DNA of 64,000 nucleotides from an uncultured Anaerolineales bacterium (GTDB lineage: Bacteria > Chloroflexota > Anaerolineae > Anaerolineales > UBA11858), in contig CAYQQX010000007.1 in assembly GCA_964419495.1 (NCBI GenBank), forward strand, positions 919 through 64,918, given 5' to 3'. Position 1 is the first letter of the stretch; each line of letters starts with the position of its first letter. The translations under genes and the position numbers were made by a program. The notes beneath the pieces were generated by a model, which worked only from the letters and a program-made list of their open reading frames with translations, searched no databases and had not been told where the DNA came from. Positions 9,470 through 18,633 of this stretch are shown here, in pieces.

Positions 9470-10471
9470 TCAAGAGATAAAAGGAAGGTTTAGCAATAAA
9501 ACTTCTGCTGTCAAACGATTATTGGTGTGACGTTGAAGGCGAGACATTGTTTTCTCTAGATTGGAAACCATCTGTATGGTAGTTACCAAATTCAATCTGT
9601 TTGCAAGATCATTGATAATATTCTCGTAGTCCAGATTTGTGATTGGTGTTTGTGCTCCACTAGCTTTTAGCATGACGTCTCGCCACAGGGAAAGCCAGGT
9701 TTGGAGAACCTGGATGAATTCAGTTCTGTCTTTGGCAAGATTCTCGGCATAGTGAAATCTTTCTGTACGCTTTGCAGATAATAGATGCTGATGCTCTTCA
9801 AGCCAGGCACTGCGTTGTTCTCGATACTCCGGATTTGCAGAAAGCCATTGTGCAAACCCGGGACGTCCATTCGCTAAATGGGCCAATAATTTGGCTTCGT
9901 CCTCTGGGATATCCCATTTCTCTTGTATTCCACGCGTTAACTGTTCAAGAGGAATCGGACGAAGACGAATTACTTCGCAACGCGATACAATGGTGGGAAG
10001 TAGTGTCTCAGTATCTTGGGCAGTGACAAATAGGATAACTTGAGCAGGGGGCTCTTCCAGTGTTTTCAAAAGTGCGTTGGCAGCATTGGGGTTGGCTTCT
10101 TCGAATCGTAACAATAGTGCGATCTTATAAGGTGCTTCATAAGGAGCGAGTGAAAGCCCTCGTTGAAGCTCTCGTACTTGATCCACTTTGAGAGTTCCAC
10201 CAGCCTCTTCTGCTCCAACAACAAGTAGATCAGGATGCTGCATACGATCAATGCGCTGGCAAGTGTGGCAGGATAAGCAAGGTTTACCAGGGGCAACTGG
10301 TTCTTTGCAATTTAATCCCTGGCTTATCCGCAATGCCAGAGTACGCCGACCTACTCCTTGTGGGCCGGTGAATAAATAAGCGTGGCGCATGCGGTTGTTG
10401 GCGAGATGACCTTGTAATAAATCGACCGCCCATTCATGGCCCAAAATACCCCAATTGTTGTCCGTTTGCAT
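9470..10471 (-). CDS. holB: DNA polymerase III subunit delta'
   Basis: HAYLFTGPQGVGRRT, Zn motif CKEP..PCLSCHTC, HPDL, ANALLKTLEEPP, LLPTIVSRC; ATG 10471 lies 6 nt after a -10 box. Confidence 0.93.
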   Translation of the reverse strand: MQTDNNWGILGHEWAVDLLQGHLANNRMRHAYLFTGPQGVGRRTLALRISQGLNCKEPVAPGKPCLSCHTCQRIDRMQHPDLLVVGAEEAGGTLKVDQVRELQRGLSLAPYEAPYKIALLLRFEEANPNAANALLKTLEEPPAQVILFVTAQDTETLLPTIVSRCEVIRLRPIPLEQLTRGIQEKWDIPEDEAKLLAHLANGRPGFAQWLSANPEYREQRSAWLEEHQHLLSAKRTERFHYAENLAKDRTEFIQVLQTWLSLWRDVMLKASGAQTPITNLDYENIINDLANRLNLVTTIQMVSNLEKTMSRLQRHTNNRLTAEVLLLNLPFIS

Positions 10472-10477
10472 GGTCTG

Positions 10478-10506
10478 ATTGTAGCGCGGAGGCAAACGAT
10501 TGACAA
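10478..10506 (-). promoter_or_regulatory. Sigma70-type promoter of holB (probably leaderless)
   Basis: Minus strand TTGTCA-N17-TACAAT, then 6 nt, then ATG. Confidence 0.7.
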
Positions 10507-10599
10507 CGTTTTGAAGAAGTGCAAGGGATCAACAGCGCTTGGGAGCAGAGGTGACATCCCATCAACTCCCTTGCTTCCCCACTCCTATGCTCAAACTGC

Positions 10600-10628
10600 T
10601 TGTCAAACCAAAGTCGCGGAGATACAAT
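10600..10628 (+). promoter_or_regulatory. Sigma70-type promoter of pcrA (probably leaderless)
   Basis: TTGTCA (10600-10605)-N17-TACAAT (10623-10628), then 7 nt, then ATG 10636. Confidence 0.7.
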
Positions 10629-10635
10629 TCCTCGC

Positions 10636-12831
10636 ATGGATGTGCTTCGCGATCTCAACCCACAACAACAACAAGCTGTCATGGCTGGCACAGGTCCAGT
10701 TCTCGTTTTAGCTGGACCTGGCTCAGGAAAAACCCGTGTCCTTACGCAGCGCATTGCCTATTTGATTGGTCAGATGGGAGTGCGGCCTTACCATGTTTTA
10801 GCTGTCACATTTACAAATAAAGCCGCTCGCGAAATGGGCGACCGTGTTGATCGAATGCTTGGGCAGAGAGGTCGTGGCCTCACCCTTGGAACATTTCATT
10901 CTACCTGTGGGCGTATACTGCGACGTGAGGCAGAACATTTTCCTTTTGATTCAAATTATGTTATTTTCGATGCTGATGACCAAATTCGCGTTGTCAAACA
11001 AGTCATCAAAGATCTAAACCTGGATGATAAACGTTACCGCCCTCATGGCGTGCATGCATCCATTTCAAGGGCCAAAAACGAACTGCTATTTGCAGATGAT
11101 TTTCCCGTCCAAACTTATCGTGATGAAGTCGTCAAACGAGTTTACCTGCGCTACCAGCAGACCCTGCTAGCCAGCAATGCTGTCGATTTTGACGATATGC
11201 TCTTATGGACGGCTTACCTATTGGAAGATAAACTAGCTGTCCGTGAGCGCTATGCCCGCCGTTACGAGCACATCTTGGTGGATGAATTTCAAGATACCAA
11301 TATGGCGCAGTATTCGCTGCTCAAACATCTGGCGTCTTTCCATCAGAATATTTTTGTGGTTGGGGACCCTGATCAATCTATTTATCGCTGGCGCGGCGCA
11401 GATTTCCGCAATGTTTTGCGCTTCGATGAGGATTTCCCCAGTGCACAAATCATTTTGCTGGAGCAAAATTATCGCTCTACACAGAATATTCTCGACTCGG
11501 CTATGGCGGTGATCGATGGCAATCCCCACCGCACCAAAAAAGAGCTCTTTACGGAGCGTGGAGAGGGACAGAAGATCCGATTACAGGAATTGTATGATGA
11601 TCGGGAAATGGCATCCTTTGTGGTAGAGCGTATCGTCCGCTCAGTGGCTTCTAAGCGCACACAACCTGGCGATTTCGCAGTCATGTACCGTACTAACGCC
11701 CAATCCCGAATTTTGGAAGAAGCTTTTCTTGCGGTGAACTTGCCCTATAAATTAGTTGGCGCGCAACGTTTCTATGGACGGCGTGAGATCAAGGATATTC
11801 TCGGTTACCTGCGGTTGGCGCATAATCCCAAAGATGAGATCAGCATGATTAGAGTGATCAATACGCCTCGGCGTGGGATTGGGACAAAGACAATTGCTGC
11901 GCTGCGCACCTATGCTCAGAGTATAAACCTTTCTCCTGGGGAAGTTCTTCTGGACTTAGGGTTGGGTGCTGAGTCCGAGCATTGGGAATCGCTCCCAAAC
12001 AGAGTCCGAACGATCCTTTCCCCATTCGGGAAATTGCTCTCGATCTGGTGTGGTCTCAAAGACGATATTTCCCCTCTCGAACTGATGGATCAAATAATCA
12101 AAGATACTGCATTTCGAAACTATATTGAAGATGGCAGCGAAGATGGCAGCGAAGATGGCAGCGAAGAGGGAGCAGAGCGCTGGGAGAACGTCATGGAGTT
12201 CCGGCGTTTGGCAGCTGAATACAATGAAAAAAGTTTGATCGCTTTCTTGGAAGATGTTGCACTGGTATCTGATCAAGATACTCTGGATGCCAGCGCAAAT
12301 GTGCCTACCTTAATGACATTGCACGCAGCGAAAGGATTAGAATTCCCTGTAGTATTTATTGTGGGTCTAAATGACGGCACACTGCCGCATATCCGCTCCT
12401 TCGATGATCCCGAAGCGATGCAAGAAGAGCGACGCTTACTTTATGTGGGCATCACTCGCGCCGAAGATTCGCTGTATTTGTTACACTCTCTCAATCGTTA
12501 TAACTTTGGCTATACCGAACCAGCAGAACCTTCGCGTTATCTAGATGATATCCCCATGTCCTTAATTGATGATGGTTATTCAGGTGGTCGGCAGCGAAAA
12601 TCCCGCTCGTCAATTTTCCGGCCTGAAAAGTGGGAGTCACCTGAATACACAGACCGGGTTGTAGAGAAAGAATACTCTCCAGGCATGCGCGTTGACCATC
12701 CCGCCTGGGGGGAAGGCATGATCTTGAGCAGCAAGATCGAAGACAACGAAGAGATTGTCGATATTTTCTTTGAAGATATCGGATTGAAGCGGGTGGTTGT
12801 GTCGTTAGCGAATCTGACCGTTTTGTCGTGA
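10636..12831 (+). CDS. pcrA: UvrD/PcrA superfamily-1 DNA helicase
   Basis: LNPQQQQAV, AGPGSGKT, VTFTNKAA, VDEFQDTN, VGDPDQSIYRWRGA, LEQNYRS, TLHAAKGLEF, EERRLLYVGITRA, C-terminal Tudor-like RVDHPAWGEG; the ORF-track TTG start at 10600 is the -35 box. Confidence 0.95.
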   Translation: MDVLRDLNPQQQQAVMAGTGPVLVLAGPGSGKTRVLTQRIAYLIGQMGVRPYHVLAVTFTNKAAREMGDRVDRMLGQRGRGLTLGTFHSTCGRILRREAEHFPFDSNYVIFDADDQIRVVKQVIKDLNLDDKRYRPHGVHASISRAKNELLFADDFPVQTYRDEVVKRVYLRYQQTLLASNAVDFDDMLLWTAYLLEDKLAVRERYARRYEHILVDEFQDTNMAQYSLLKHLASFHQNIFVVGDPDQSIYRWRGADFRNVLRFDEDFPSAQIILLEQNYRSTQNILDSAMAVIDGNPHRTKKELFTERGEGQKIRLQELYDDREMASFVVERIVRSVASKRTQPGDFAVMYRTNAQSRILEEAFLAVNLPYKLVGAQRFYGRREIKDILGYLRLAHNPKDEISMIRVINTPRRGIGTKTIAALRTYAQSINLSPGEVLLDLGLGAESEHWESLPNRVRTILSPFGKLLSIWCGLKDDISPLELMDQIIKDTAFRNYIEDGSEDGSEDGSEEGAERWENVMEFRRLAAEYNEKSLIAFLEDVALVSDQDTLDASANVPTLMTLHAAKGLEFPVVFIVGLNDGTLPHIRSFDDPEAMQEERRLLYVGITRAEDSLYLLHSLNRYNFGYTEPAEPSRYLDDIPMSLIDDGYSGGRQRKSRSSIFRPEKWESPEYTDRVVEKEYSPGMRVDHPAWGEGMILSSKIEDNEEIVDIFFEDIGLKRVVVSLANLTVLS
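12127..12167 (+). repeat. In-frame 12-bp tandem repeat (GAAGATGGCAGC x3 plus GAAGA) in pcrA
   Basis: Perfect copies at 12127, 12139 and 12151 encoding EDGS-EDGS-EDGS-EE. Confidence 0.95.
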
Positions 12832-12850
12832 AGCGTTTTACGTTTATAAT
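12823..12850 (+). promoter_or_regulatory. Sigma70-type promoter of tsaE (probably leaderless)
   Basis: TTGTCG-N16-TATAAT, then 6 nt, then ATG 12857; no Shine-Dalgarno. Confidence 0.55.
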
Positions 12851-12856
12851 CAACAT

Positions 12857-13357
12857 ATGGCCCCCATCCTTGAGCCACATTCCTTCGAGATTATCAGCCG
12901 GAGCACAGAGCAGACACGACGTGTGGGTATGCGCTTAGGCGCCTATTTGGGGAAGGGCGATGTGGTGGGCTTGGTGGGGGATTTAGGAGCCGGAAAGACC
13001 ACCTTGATGCAAGGCATTGCAGCGGGTTGGGGTTCGCTAGACCCTGTTTCCAGCCCGACTTTTGTCCTTGTCAATGCATATCGGCGGGTTGATGAACAGC
13101 AACTTTATCATCTAGATGCCTACCGACTAAGCGGGTCAGCTGAAGCTATTGACCTGGATTTAGATGGCATGATGGAAAGAGGCCCACTGGTGATTGAGTG
13201 GGCTGACAGGATTGAAGATGCACTACCCAAAGAGCGCTTCTGGATAAGCCTGGAATGGCTGGACGATACTCAACGACAGTTCTTGATTTCAGCTCGAGGA
13301 ACCTATAACCAAGATTTATTGCAGAGTCTTCGAAAACAGATTTTTGGAGTTTCGTGA
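12857..13357 (+). CDS. tsaE: tRNA threonylcarbamoyladenosine biosynthesis ATPase TsaE
   Basis: GDLGAGKTT, VSSPTFVLVNAY, YHLDAYRL, IEWADR. Confidence 0.93.
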   Translation: MAPILEPHSFEIISRSTEQTRRVGMRLGAYLGKGDVVGLVGDLGAGKTTLMQGIAAGWGSLDPVSSPTFVLVNAYRRVDEQQLYHLDAYRLSGSAEAIDLDLDGMMERGPLVIEWADRIEDALPKERFWISLEWLDDTQRQFLISARGTYNQDLLQSLRKQIFGVS

Positions 13358-14025
13358 TGTTATTAGCTGTAGATACATCTACACGCATGGTAGGTATTGC
13401 ACTTTATGATGGCAACCAGGTGTTGGCCGAAATGACTTGGAGCAGCCACAGCTACCATACCGTAGAACTCGCCCCAGCCGTCGAAGCGATGCTAGAAAAG
13501 ACAGGTATCACTATTGGGGAATTGAGCGCTTTGGGTGTGGCAACAGGCCCAGGTTCATTTACTGCTCTGCGAATTGGACTGGCGTTGGTCAAGGGGCTGG
13601 CATTCAGTGAACATCTGCCCATTGTTGGAATTCCGACTCTCGATATTGTTGCCGCCGCGCAGCCCCTTGCAAATATCCAAATGGCATGTGTATTGGTAGC
13701 CGGACGAAGGCGATTTGCAGCGGGTTGGTATCAAAACATCAATGATAAGTGGGAATTCACTGGAAAGCTTGAGAATTTGACATTGGATGACTTCGCTGAA
13801 AGCATTCGAGAACCTACATTGATTTGTGGTGAGCTTAATGATGAAGTTCGGCAGCGATTGGGCAGGAAATATAAAAACGTCGTTTTGGCATCGCCAGCTC
13901 ACTCAGTCCGCCGGCCAGCAATTCTCGCGGAAATCGCTTGGCAACGTTGGAAAACGGGTGATGTTGATAACCCCGCAACGCTTTCACCAACATATCTCCA
14001 TCACGGAGAACCAATTCCCGGGTGA
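13354..14025 (+). CDS. tsaB: tRNA threonylcarbamoyladenosine biosynthesis protein TsaB
   Basis: LAVDTST, GPGSFTALRIG, P-x-Y C-terminal motif; coupled to tsaE (GTG 13354 or ATG 13357). Confidence 0.92.
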   Translation: MMLLAVDTSTRMVGIALYDGNQVLAEMTWSSHSYHTVELAPAVEAMLEKTGITIGELSALGVATGPGSFTALRIGLALVKGLAFSEHLPIVGIPTLDIVAAAQPLANIQMACVLVAGRRRFAAGWYQNINDKWEFTGKLENLTLDDFAESIREPTLICGELNDEVRQRLGRKYKNVVLASPAHSVRRPAILAEIAWQRWKTGDVDNPATLSPTYLHHGEPIPG

Positions 14026-14057
14026 ATCTTTCATTCATTACAAATCGCTAAAGGAGA

Positions 14058-14693
14058 ATGAGTTTCATGAATTCCGATGAAGTCCTTGCCAAAATCGCAC
14101 AGGAAGTTCAAGATTGCAAAATATGTGAGTTACATTTTTCTCGCAAGAAGGGTGTGCCTGGGGATGGGCCATCTTCTGCTGAGATCATGTTCATTGGTGA
14201 GGGACCAGGATTTCATGAAAATGAGCAGGGAAAACCATTCGTTGGAGCAGCTGGCAGTTTTTTAGATGAATTATTGGAACTTGTAAATATGCGACGTGAA
14301 CAAGTGTTTATCGGCAATGTGGTGAAATGCCGACCACCGGGTAACCGGGATCCGCGCTCCGAAGAGTTGGCTGCATGTGATGTTTACTTAGAGCAACAAA
14401 TTCAAGCCATCAATCCTAAGGTAATCGTAACCTTGGGACGTTTCTCGATGGAACGGTTTATCCCCAACGCCAAGATAAGCGAAATTCATGGCAAGGCTTT
14501 GCGCATAAGAGGCCGCCTTGTTGTGCCGATGTATCATCCTGCGGCAGCTTTGCATCAACCATCTTTGCGATCTTCGGTCGAAGGTGATTTTCTTCAATTA
14601 CCAGATTTGATTGCCTCAGCAGAAAGCGCCCCCGAACTCGAAATAAATGCACCCGAAGAGAAATCAGGTCCCAAACAACTCAGCATGTTTTGA
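14058..14693 (+). CDS. Uracil-DNA glycosylase, family 4 (4Fe-4S)
   Basis: CKICELH, GEGPGFHE, PFVGAAG, NVVKCRPPGNRDP, MYHPAAAL. Confidence 0.92.
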   Translation: MSFMNSDEVLAKIAQEVQDCKICELHFSRKKGVPGDGPSSAEIMFIGEGPGFHENEQGKPFVGAAGSFLDELLELVNMRREQVFIGNVVKCRPPGNRDPRSEELAACDVYLEQQIQAINPKVIVTLGRFSMERFIPNAKISEIHGKALRIRGRLVVPMYHPAAALHQPSLRSSVEGDFLQLPDLIASAESAPELEINAPEEKSGPKQLSMF

Positions 14694-14701
14694 TGATTTA
14701 A

Positions 14702-14765
14702 TTGATGTTACCCAACCTGATGAGAATCTCCCAGGGAAACCTCGCTACGTGTGCATAACATGAGT
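14702..14765 (+). repeat. Conserved structured intergenic element, copy 1 (no central hairpin)
   Basis: TTGATGTTACCCAACCTGATGAGAATCTCCC|AGGGAAACCTCGCTACGTGTGCATAACATGAGT; same 31-nt left and 33-nt right blocks as the copies at 33411 and 63669. Confidence 0.9.
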
Positions 14766-14847
14766 GATTTAAGTCAGAGTTGGGATTTTACTGATTTATG
14801 GTTTAATTTGATGTCTGTTCGAAAATTAATCAACTGAGAGATTACAC

Positions 14848-16164
14848 ATGAAAACAAAAGATGCTCTAATAGAGAAACTCCAAAATAAAACCTCCACCGT
14901 GGCGGTTCTTGGATTAGGTTATGTTGGCTTACCTTTTGCGACTGTTTTCGCAGAAGCTGGATTTAATGTGGTGGGAATTGATCCTGATGAACGAAAAATT
15001 GAGAAGCTTGAGTTGGGTGAAAGCTATATTCAGGATGTGCCCACTGAAGTGGTCGCAACTTTGGTGGAGAATGGAAAACTTAAGGCAACCACGGACTTCT
15101 CTGTACTGGCTGATGCTGATGCTGTCAGTATATGTGTTCCCACCCCTTTACGTAAGACTGGCGATCCCGATCTATCATTTATTCTCTCGGTGACCACCGA
15201 ATTGGCTAAGTATATGCACCCCGGAATGGTTGTGGTACTTGAGTCCACGACTTACCCGGGAACGACGCGGGAAATTCTCCTACCTCAATTAGGTGAGCAG
15301 AAAAATCTAAAAGTTGGTGAGGATTATTTCCTTGCATTTTCGCCAGAGCGTGTTGATCCGGGGCGGGAGGATTGGACCACCATTAATACCCCCAAAGTCG
15401 TCGGCGGCATCACAGAAGACTGTTCGGAAGTAGCATCCACTTGGTATCAGGGTGCCCTCAATACAGTCGTTCCTGTTTCTTCTTCCGAAGTGGCGGAAAT
15501 GGCCAAATTGCTAGAGAATACTTTCCGTATGATTAACATTGGCCTGGTCAACGAATTGGCTGTGATGTGTGATCGCCTCGATATTGATGTTTGGGAAGTC
15601 ATCGATGCCGCAGCCACAAAACCTTTTGGTTTTATGAAATTTACACCAGGACCTGGTTTGGGCGGACACTGTATCCCGATTGACCCGCTCTACCTTTCTT
15701 GGAAGCTTAAATCTCTCAATTACACGGCGCGGTTTATTGAATTGGCTTCTGAGATCAACCTTGGCATGCCTCGCTACGTTGTGCGTAAAGTGCAAGATTC
15801 GTTGAATGAATTGGGCAAGCCATTGAAAGGCAGCAAGATTTTAGTTCTTGGTGCGGCATACAAACCTGATATTGACGATATGCGCGAATCGCCGGCTCTT
15901 GATGTAATTGGTCTTCTTGAGCAAAGTGGTTCCGAAGTGAGTTATCACGACCCATATGTTGCCAGCATTAAGGAAGAAGAGTTTGAGTTGGAAAGTGTCA
16001 CTGATTTGATGGGTGCAGTTGGAAATGCCGATTGTGTGGTGATCATTACCAACCATAGCAACTATGATTACAACGCAATCCTGGATGCTGCTGCTTGTAT
16101 CATTGATACGCGTAATGCTCTAGGAAATTTAGGACGTAATAATCCTAAGGTTGTGCGCCTGTAA
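14848..16164 (+). CDS. Nucleotide-sugar 6-dehydrogenase (UDP-GlcNAc/UDP-Glc dehydrogenase, WbpA/WecC-like)
   Basis: GLGYVG, ICVPTP, LESTTYPGTT, FSPERVDPG, KLLENTFR, GGHCIPIDP, AYKPDIDDMRESP. Confidence 0.92.
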   Translation: MKTKDALIEKLQNKTSTVAVLGLGYVGLPFATVFAEAGFNVVGIDPDERKIEKLELGESYIQDVPTEVVATLVENGKLKATTDFSVLADADAVSICVPTPLRKTGDPDLSFILSVTTELAKYMHPGMVVVLESTTYPGTTREILLPQLGEQKNLKVGEDYFLAFSPERVDPGREDWTTINTPKVVGGITEDCSEVASTWYQGALNTVVPVSSSEVAEMAKLLENTFRMINIGLVNELAVMCDRLDIDVWEVIDAAATKPFGFMKFTPGPGLGGHCIPIDPLYLSWKLKSLNYTARFIELASEINLGMPRYVVRKVQDSLNELGKPLKGSKILVLGAAYKPDIDDMRESPALDVIGLLEQSGSEVSYHDPYVASIKEEEFELESVTDLMGAVGNADCVVIITNHSNYDYNAILDAAACIIDTRNALGNLGRNNPKVVRL

Positions 16165-16186
16165 ATACAGAACTAAAAAAATTGAC

Positions 16187-16250
16187 CGCCGACCGCTGCT
16201 CTGAATTATCAGGATGACCTGCGGTCGGCGTTCTGACGTATGTCGTCAGA
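16187..16250. repeat. REP-like intergenic double hairpin
   Basis: CGCCGACCGC (16187-16196)/GCGGTCGGCG (16221-16230) 10-bp stem, then TCTGACG/CGTCAGA 7-bp stem (16232-16250). Confidence 0.6.
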
Positions 16251-16270
16251 GATGAAAGTCGAGTGAGTTT

Positions 16271-17248
16271 ATGGCAAATTACTTAGTTACTGGCGTTGCT
16301 GGCTTCATTGCTGCCCGCGTTGCAGAAATGCTGTTGGATGCCGGGCATAAGGTTGTGGGTATCGACAATATGAATGATGCCTACGATGTGCGCATGAAAG
16401 AACACCGCTTGAAGCAGCTTATGAGCCGAGATGGTTTTTCGTTCTATAAAATTGATATCAGCAGTTGGGACGATATTGAACGTTTAACTTTGGACATCGA
16501 ACATTTAGATGCTGTCATCAACCTTGCCGCCCGTGCTGGGGTGCGCGCTAGTGTGGAGAATCCCTGGGTTTATGTGGATACCAATGTGACTGGCACGCTC
16601 AATCTTTTAGAATTATGCCAACGAATGGGGATCTCAAAATTCATATTAGCCTCAACTTCGAGTATTTATGGTGCTGATGCTCCCCTGCCTACATCCGAAG
16701 ATGCGGATAGTGCCCGCCCTCTTCAAGCATATGCTGCCAGCAAAAAAGGGGCTGAGGCCATGGCGCATGCATATCATTACCTGTATGACATCGATGTGAG
16801 TATTGTGCGCTTCTTTACGGTTTATGGCCCCGCAGGACGTCCGGATATGTCCGTTTTTCGGTTCATCCGTTGGATCACCGAAGGCGAAACTCTACAACTC
16901 AATGGTGATGGCACCCAATCACGCGGTTTCACCTATATCGACGATATTGCTCGAGGCGTGATTCAGGGGCTGAAGCCTGTTGGTTTTGAAATCTTCAATT
17001 TGGGTGGCCATGAAGTCATTGAGATGAACGGATTAATCAACTTAATTGAGAAAACTGTTGGTCGTCAAGCAAATATTGAATATCATCCCTTTCCTAAGGC
17101 GGATATGAAGGCCAATCAGGCCAATGTAACTAAGGCTGGAGAACAATTAGGGTGGGAACCGGCAATCGGTTTGGAAGAGGGTATCCGACGATCAATCGAA
17201 TGGTATAACAATAACCGCCAATGGGCAAAGGATTTGGAGATTGTCTAA
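16271..17248 (+). CDS. NAD-dependent epimerase/dehydratase (UDP-uronate 4-epimerase-like SDR)
   Basis: TGVAGFIA, NLAARAGVRAS, ASTSSIYG, YAASKK, RFFTVYGPAGRPDM. Confidence 0.88.
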   Translation: MANYLVTGVAGFIAARVAEMLLDAGHKVVGIDNMNDAYDVRMKEHRLKQLMSRDGFSFYKIDISSWDDIERLTLDIEHLDAVINLAARAGVRASVENPWVYVDTNVTGTLNLLELCQRMGISKFILASTSSIYGADAPLPTSEDADSARPLQAYAASKKGAEAMAHAYHYLYDIDVSIVRFFTVYGPAGRPDMSVFRFIRWITEGETLQLNGDGTQSRGFTYIDDIARGVIQGLKPVGFEIFNLGGHEVIEMNGLINLIEKTVGRQANIEYHPFPKADMKANQANVTKAGEQLGWEPAIGLEEGIRRSIEWYNNNRQWAKDLEIV

Positions 17249-17280
17249 GAAAGGAAATTCTTAGATTCTCGATATCGCGT

Positions 17281-18633
17281 ATGCTATCCAACCTGCAAAA
17301 AATTTATGCTCGAATTCTTGAAAACGAGCTTCTCAGGCGCATCGTTACCAACGCCAGTTATTTATTGAGCGCTACAGGCTTGGCGGCGGGGATGAGTGTT
17401 TTTCAGAGTATATTGGCTGGTCGGCTTCTTGGTCCAGCCAATTTTGGCATCTTAGGCGCAATTACACAATTTACCAGTGTGGTCAATCGCTTTGCATCCT
17501 TCCGCATGAACGAACTGGTTGTGCGCTATGTTGGGAAGTACCAGGAAGAAGGAGATCAGGAAAGGGCTTCTGCAGTTTTCAAGATGGCCAGCTTCCTAGA
17601 GTTTGGTGGCTCGATGCTGGCATTGATCTTGATCTGGATCTTAGCTCCTCTGGGTGCACAATTTTTTGCTCAGGATGCCAGCCTGGCATTTTGGTTTCAG
17701 ATTTATGGATTCATCATATTAGCCAATGTGATGTTTGAGACAGCCAGCGGTTTACTGCAAATATTTGATCGATTCCGCATTATTGCAATTGCCACTGCAG
17801 CTCAAAGCGCCATCACATTGACATTGATCGTGATCATTTTCTTTGTCAAAGCGGGGTTGACCGAAGTAATCGTCGCATACATGATAGGCAAGATTGTCTA
17901 CTCCCTTTCAGTTACAGTTGCCTCATTGGTCGAAGCTCGACGCGCTTGGGGGGAGGGATGGTGGCAGACACCCCTAAGCATTTTGAAGGATGAACGCCGC
18001 AGCCTTCTGACATTTGCATTCAGTACCAATCTCAGCAGTACGGTTAGTCTTGTAGCCAAGGATAGCGAAGTGTTGTGGGTTTCAGCTTTCTTAGGTCCTG
18101 TTCAAGCTGGATATTACAAAACAGCCTTAGCCATTACCAATTTACTTCAACTCCCGGTCAGTCCATTGCCCAAAGCCACTTTCCCAGAATTATCACGAGA
18201 AATTGCTCGCCGTAATTGGGATAATGTCCGTTACGTGCTCCGACAAGGCTCGCGCCTCTCAGCAATCTATTCTGTGCCTGTAACACTGGTTTTAATCATC
18301 TTTGGTAAATGGCTGATCGCCGCCACTTATGGCCCGGAATATTTGCCCACCTACTCTGCACTAGTCATTCTCCTCGTTGGCTATACCTTTGTCAATATCT
18401 TCTATTGGAACCGTGTAGCCCTGCTCTCTCTAGGTCGTGCCGTATTTCCCACGATTATCAACTTTACAGGAATGATATTGAAAGTAGCGGCTATATTCTT
18501 ATTAGTTCCTAATTATGGTTATCTGGCTTTTGCGGCGCTTCTGGCTGGCTATTATTTCTATACAGTCGGTGCTGCCGTGATACGCGTTTTCCTCGATGTG
18601 CGCTCCCAATCTCAGGTTGAATTAACTGGATGA
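17281..18633 (+). CDS. wzx: Wzx-like oligosaccharide flippase (MOP superfamily)
   Basis: About 12 TM segments, GRLLGPANFG, GPVQAGYY, FPELSR; start at ATG 17281 rather than the overlapping 17221. Confidence 0.75.
   Translation: MLSNLQKIYARILENELLRRIVTNASYLLSATGLAAGMSVFQSILAGRLLGPANFGILGAITQFTSVVNRFASFRMNELVVRYVGKYQEEGDQERASAVFKMASFLEFGGSMLALILIWILAPLGAQFFAQDASLAFWFQIYGFIILANVMFETASGLLQIFDRFRIIAIATAAQSAITLTLIVIIFFVKAGLTEVIVAYMIGKIVYSLSVTVASLVEARRAWGEGWWQTPLSILKDERRSLLTFAFSTNLSSTVSLVAKDSEVLWVSAFLGPVQAGYYKTALAITNLLQLPVSPLPKATFPELSREIARRNWDNVRYVLRQGSRLSAIYSVPVTLVLIIFGKWLIAATYGPEYLPTYSALVILLVGYTFVNIFYWNRVALLSLGRAVFPTIINFTGMILKVAAIFLLVPNYGYLAFAALLAGYYFYTVGAAVIRVFLDVRSQSQVELTG

Noticed and set aside
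10600-10635. ORF-track N-terminal extensions (also holB 10495, SCP2 2439, MBL 6635, wzx 17221, 25429, 59159, 62692)
   Set aside because: They overlap promoter boxes, neighbouring genes or an RNA hairpin; downstream ATGs fit family N-termini and SD or leaderless signals better
14702-14765. The element as a sigma70 promoter (TTGATG ... GAGAAT) or an RfaH ops site
   Set aside because: The spacer is only 14 nt, and there is no GGCGGTAG-type sequence on the + strand
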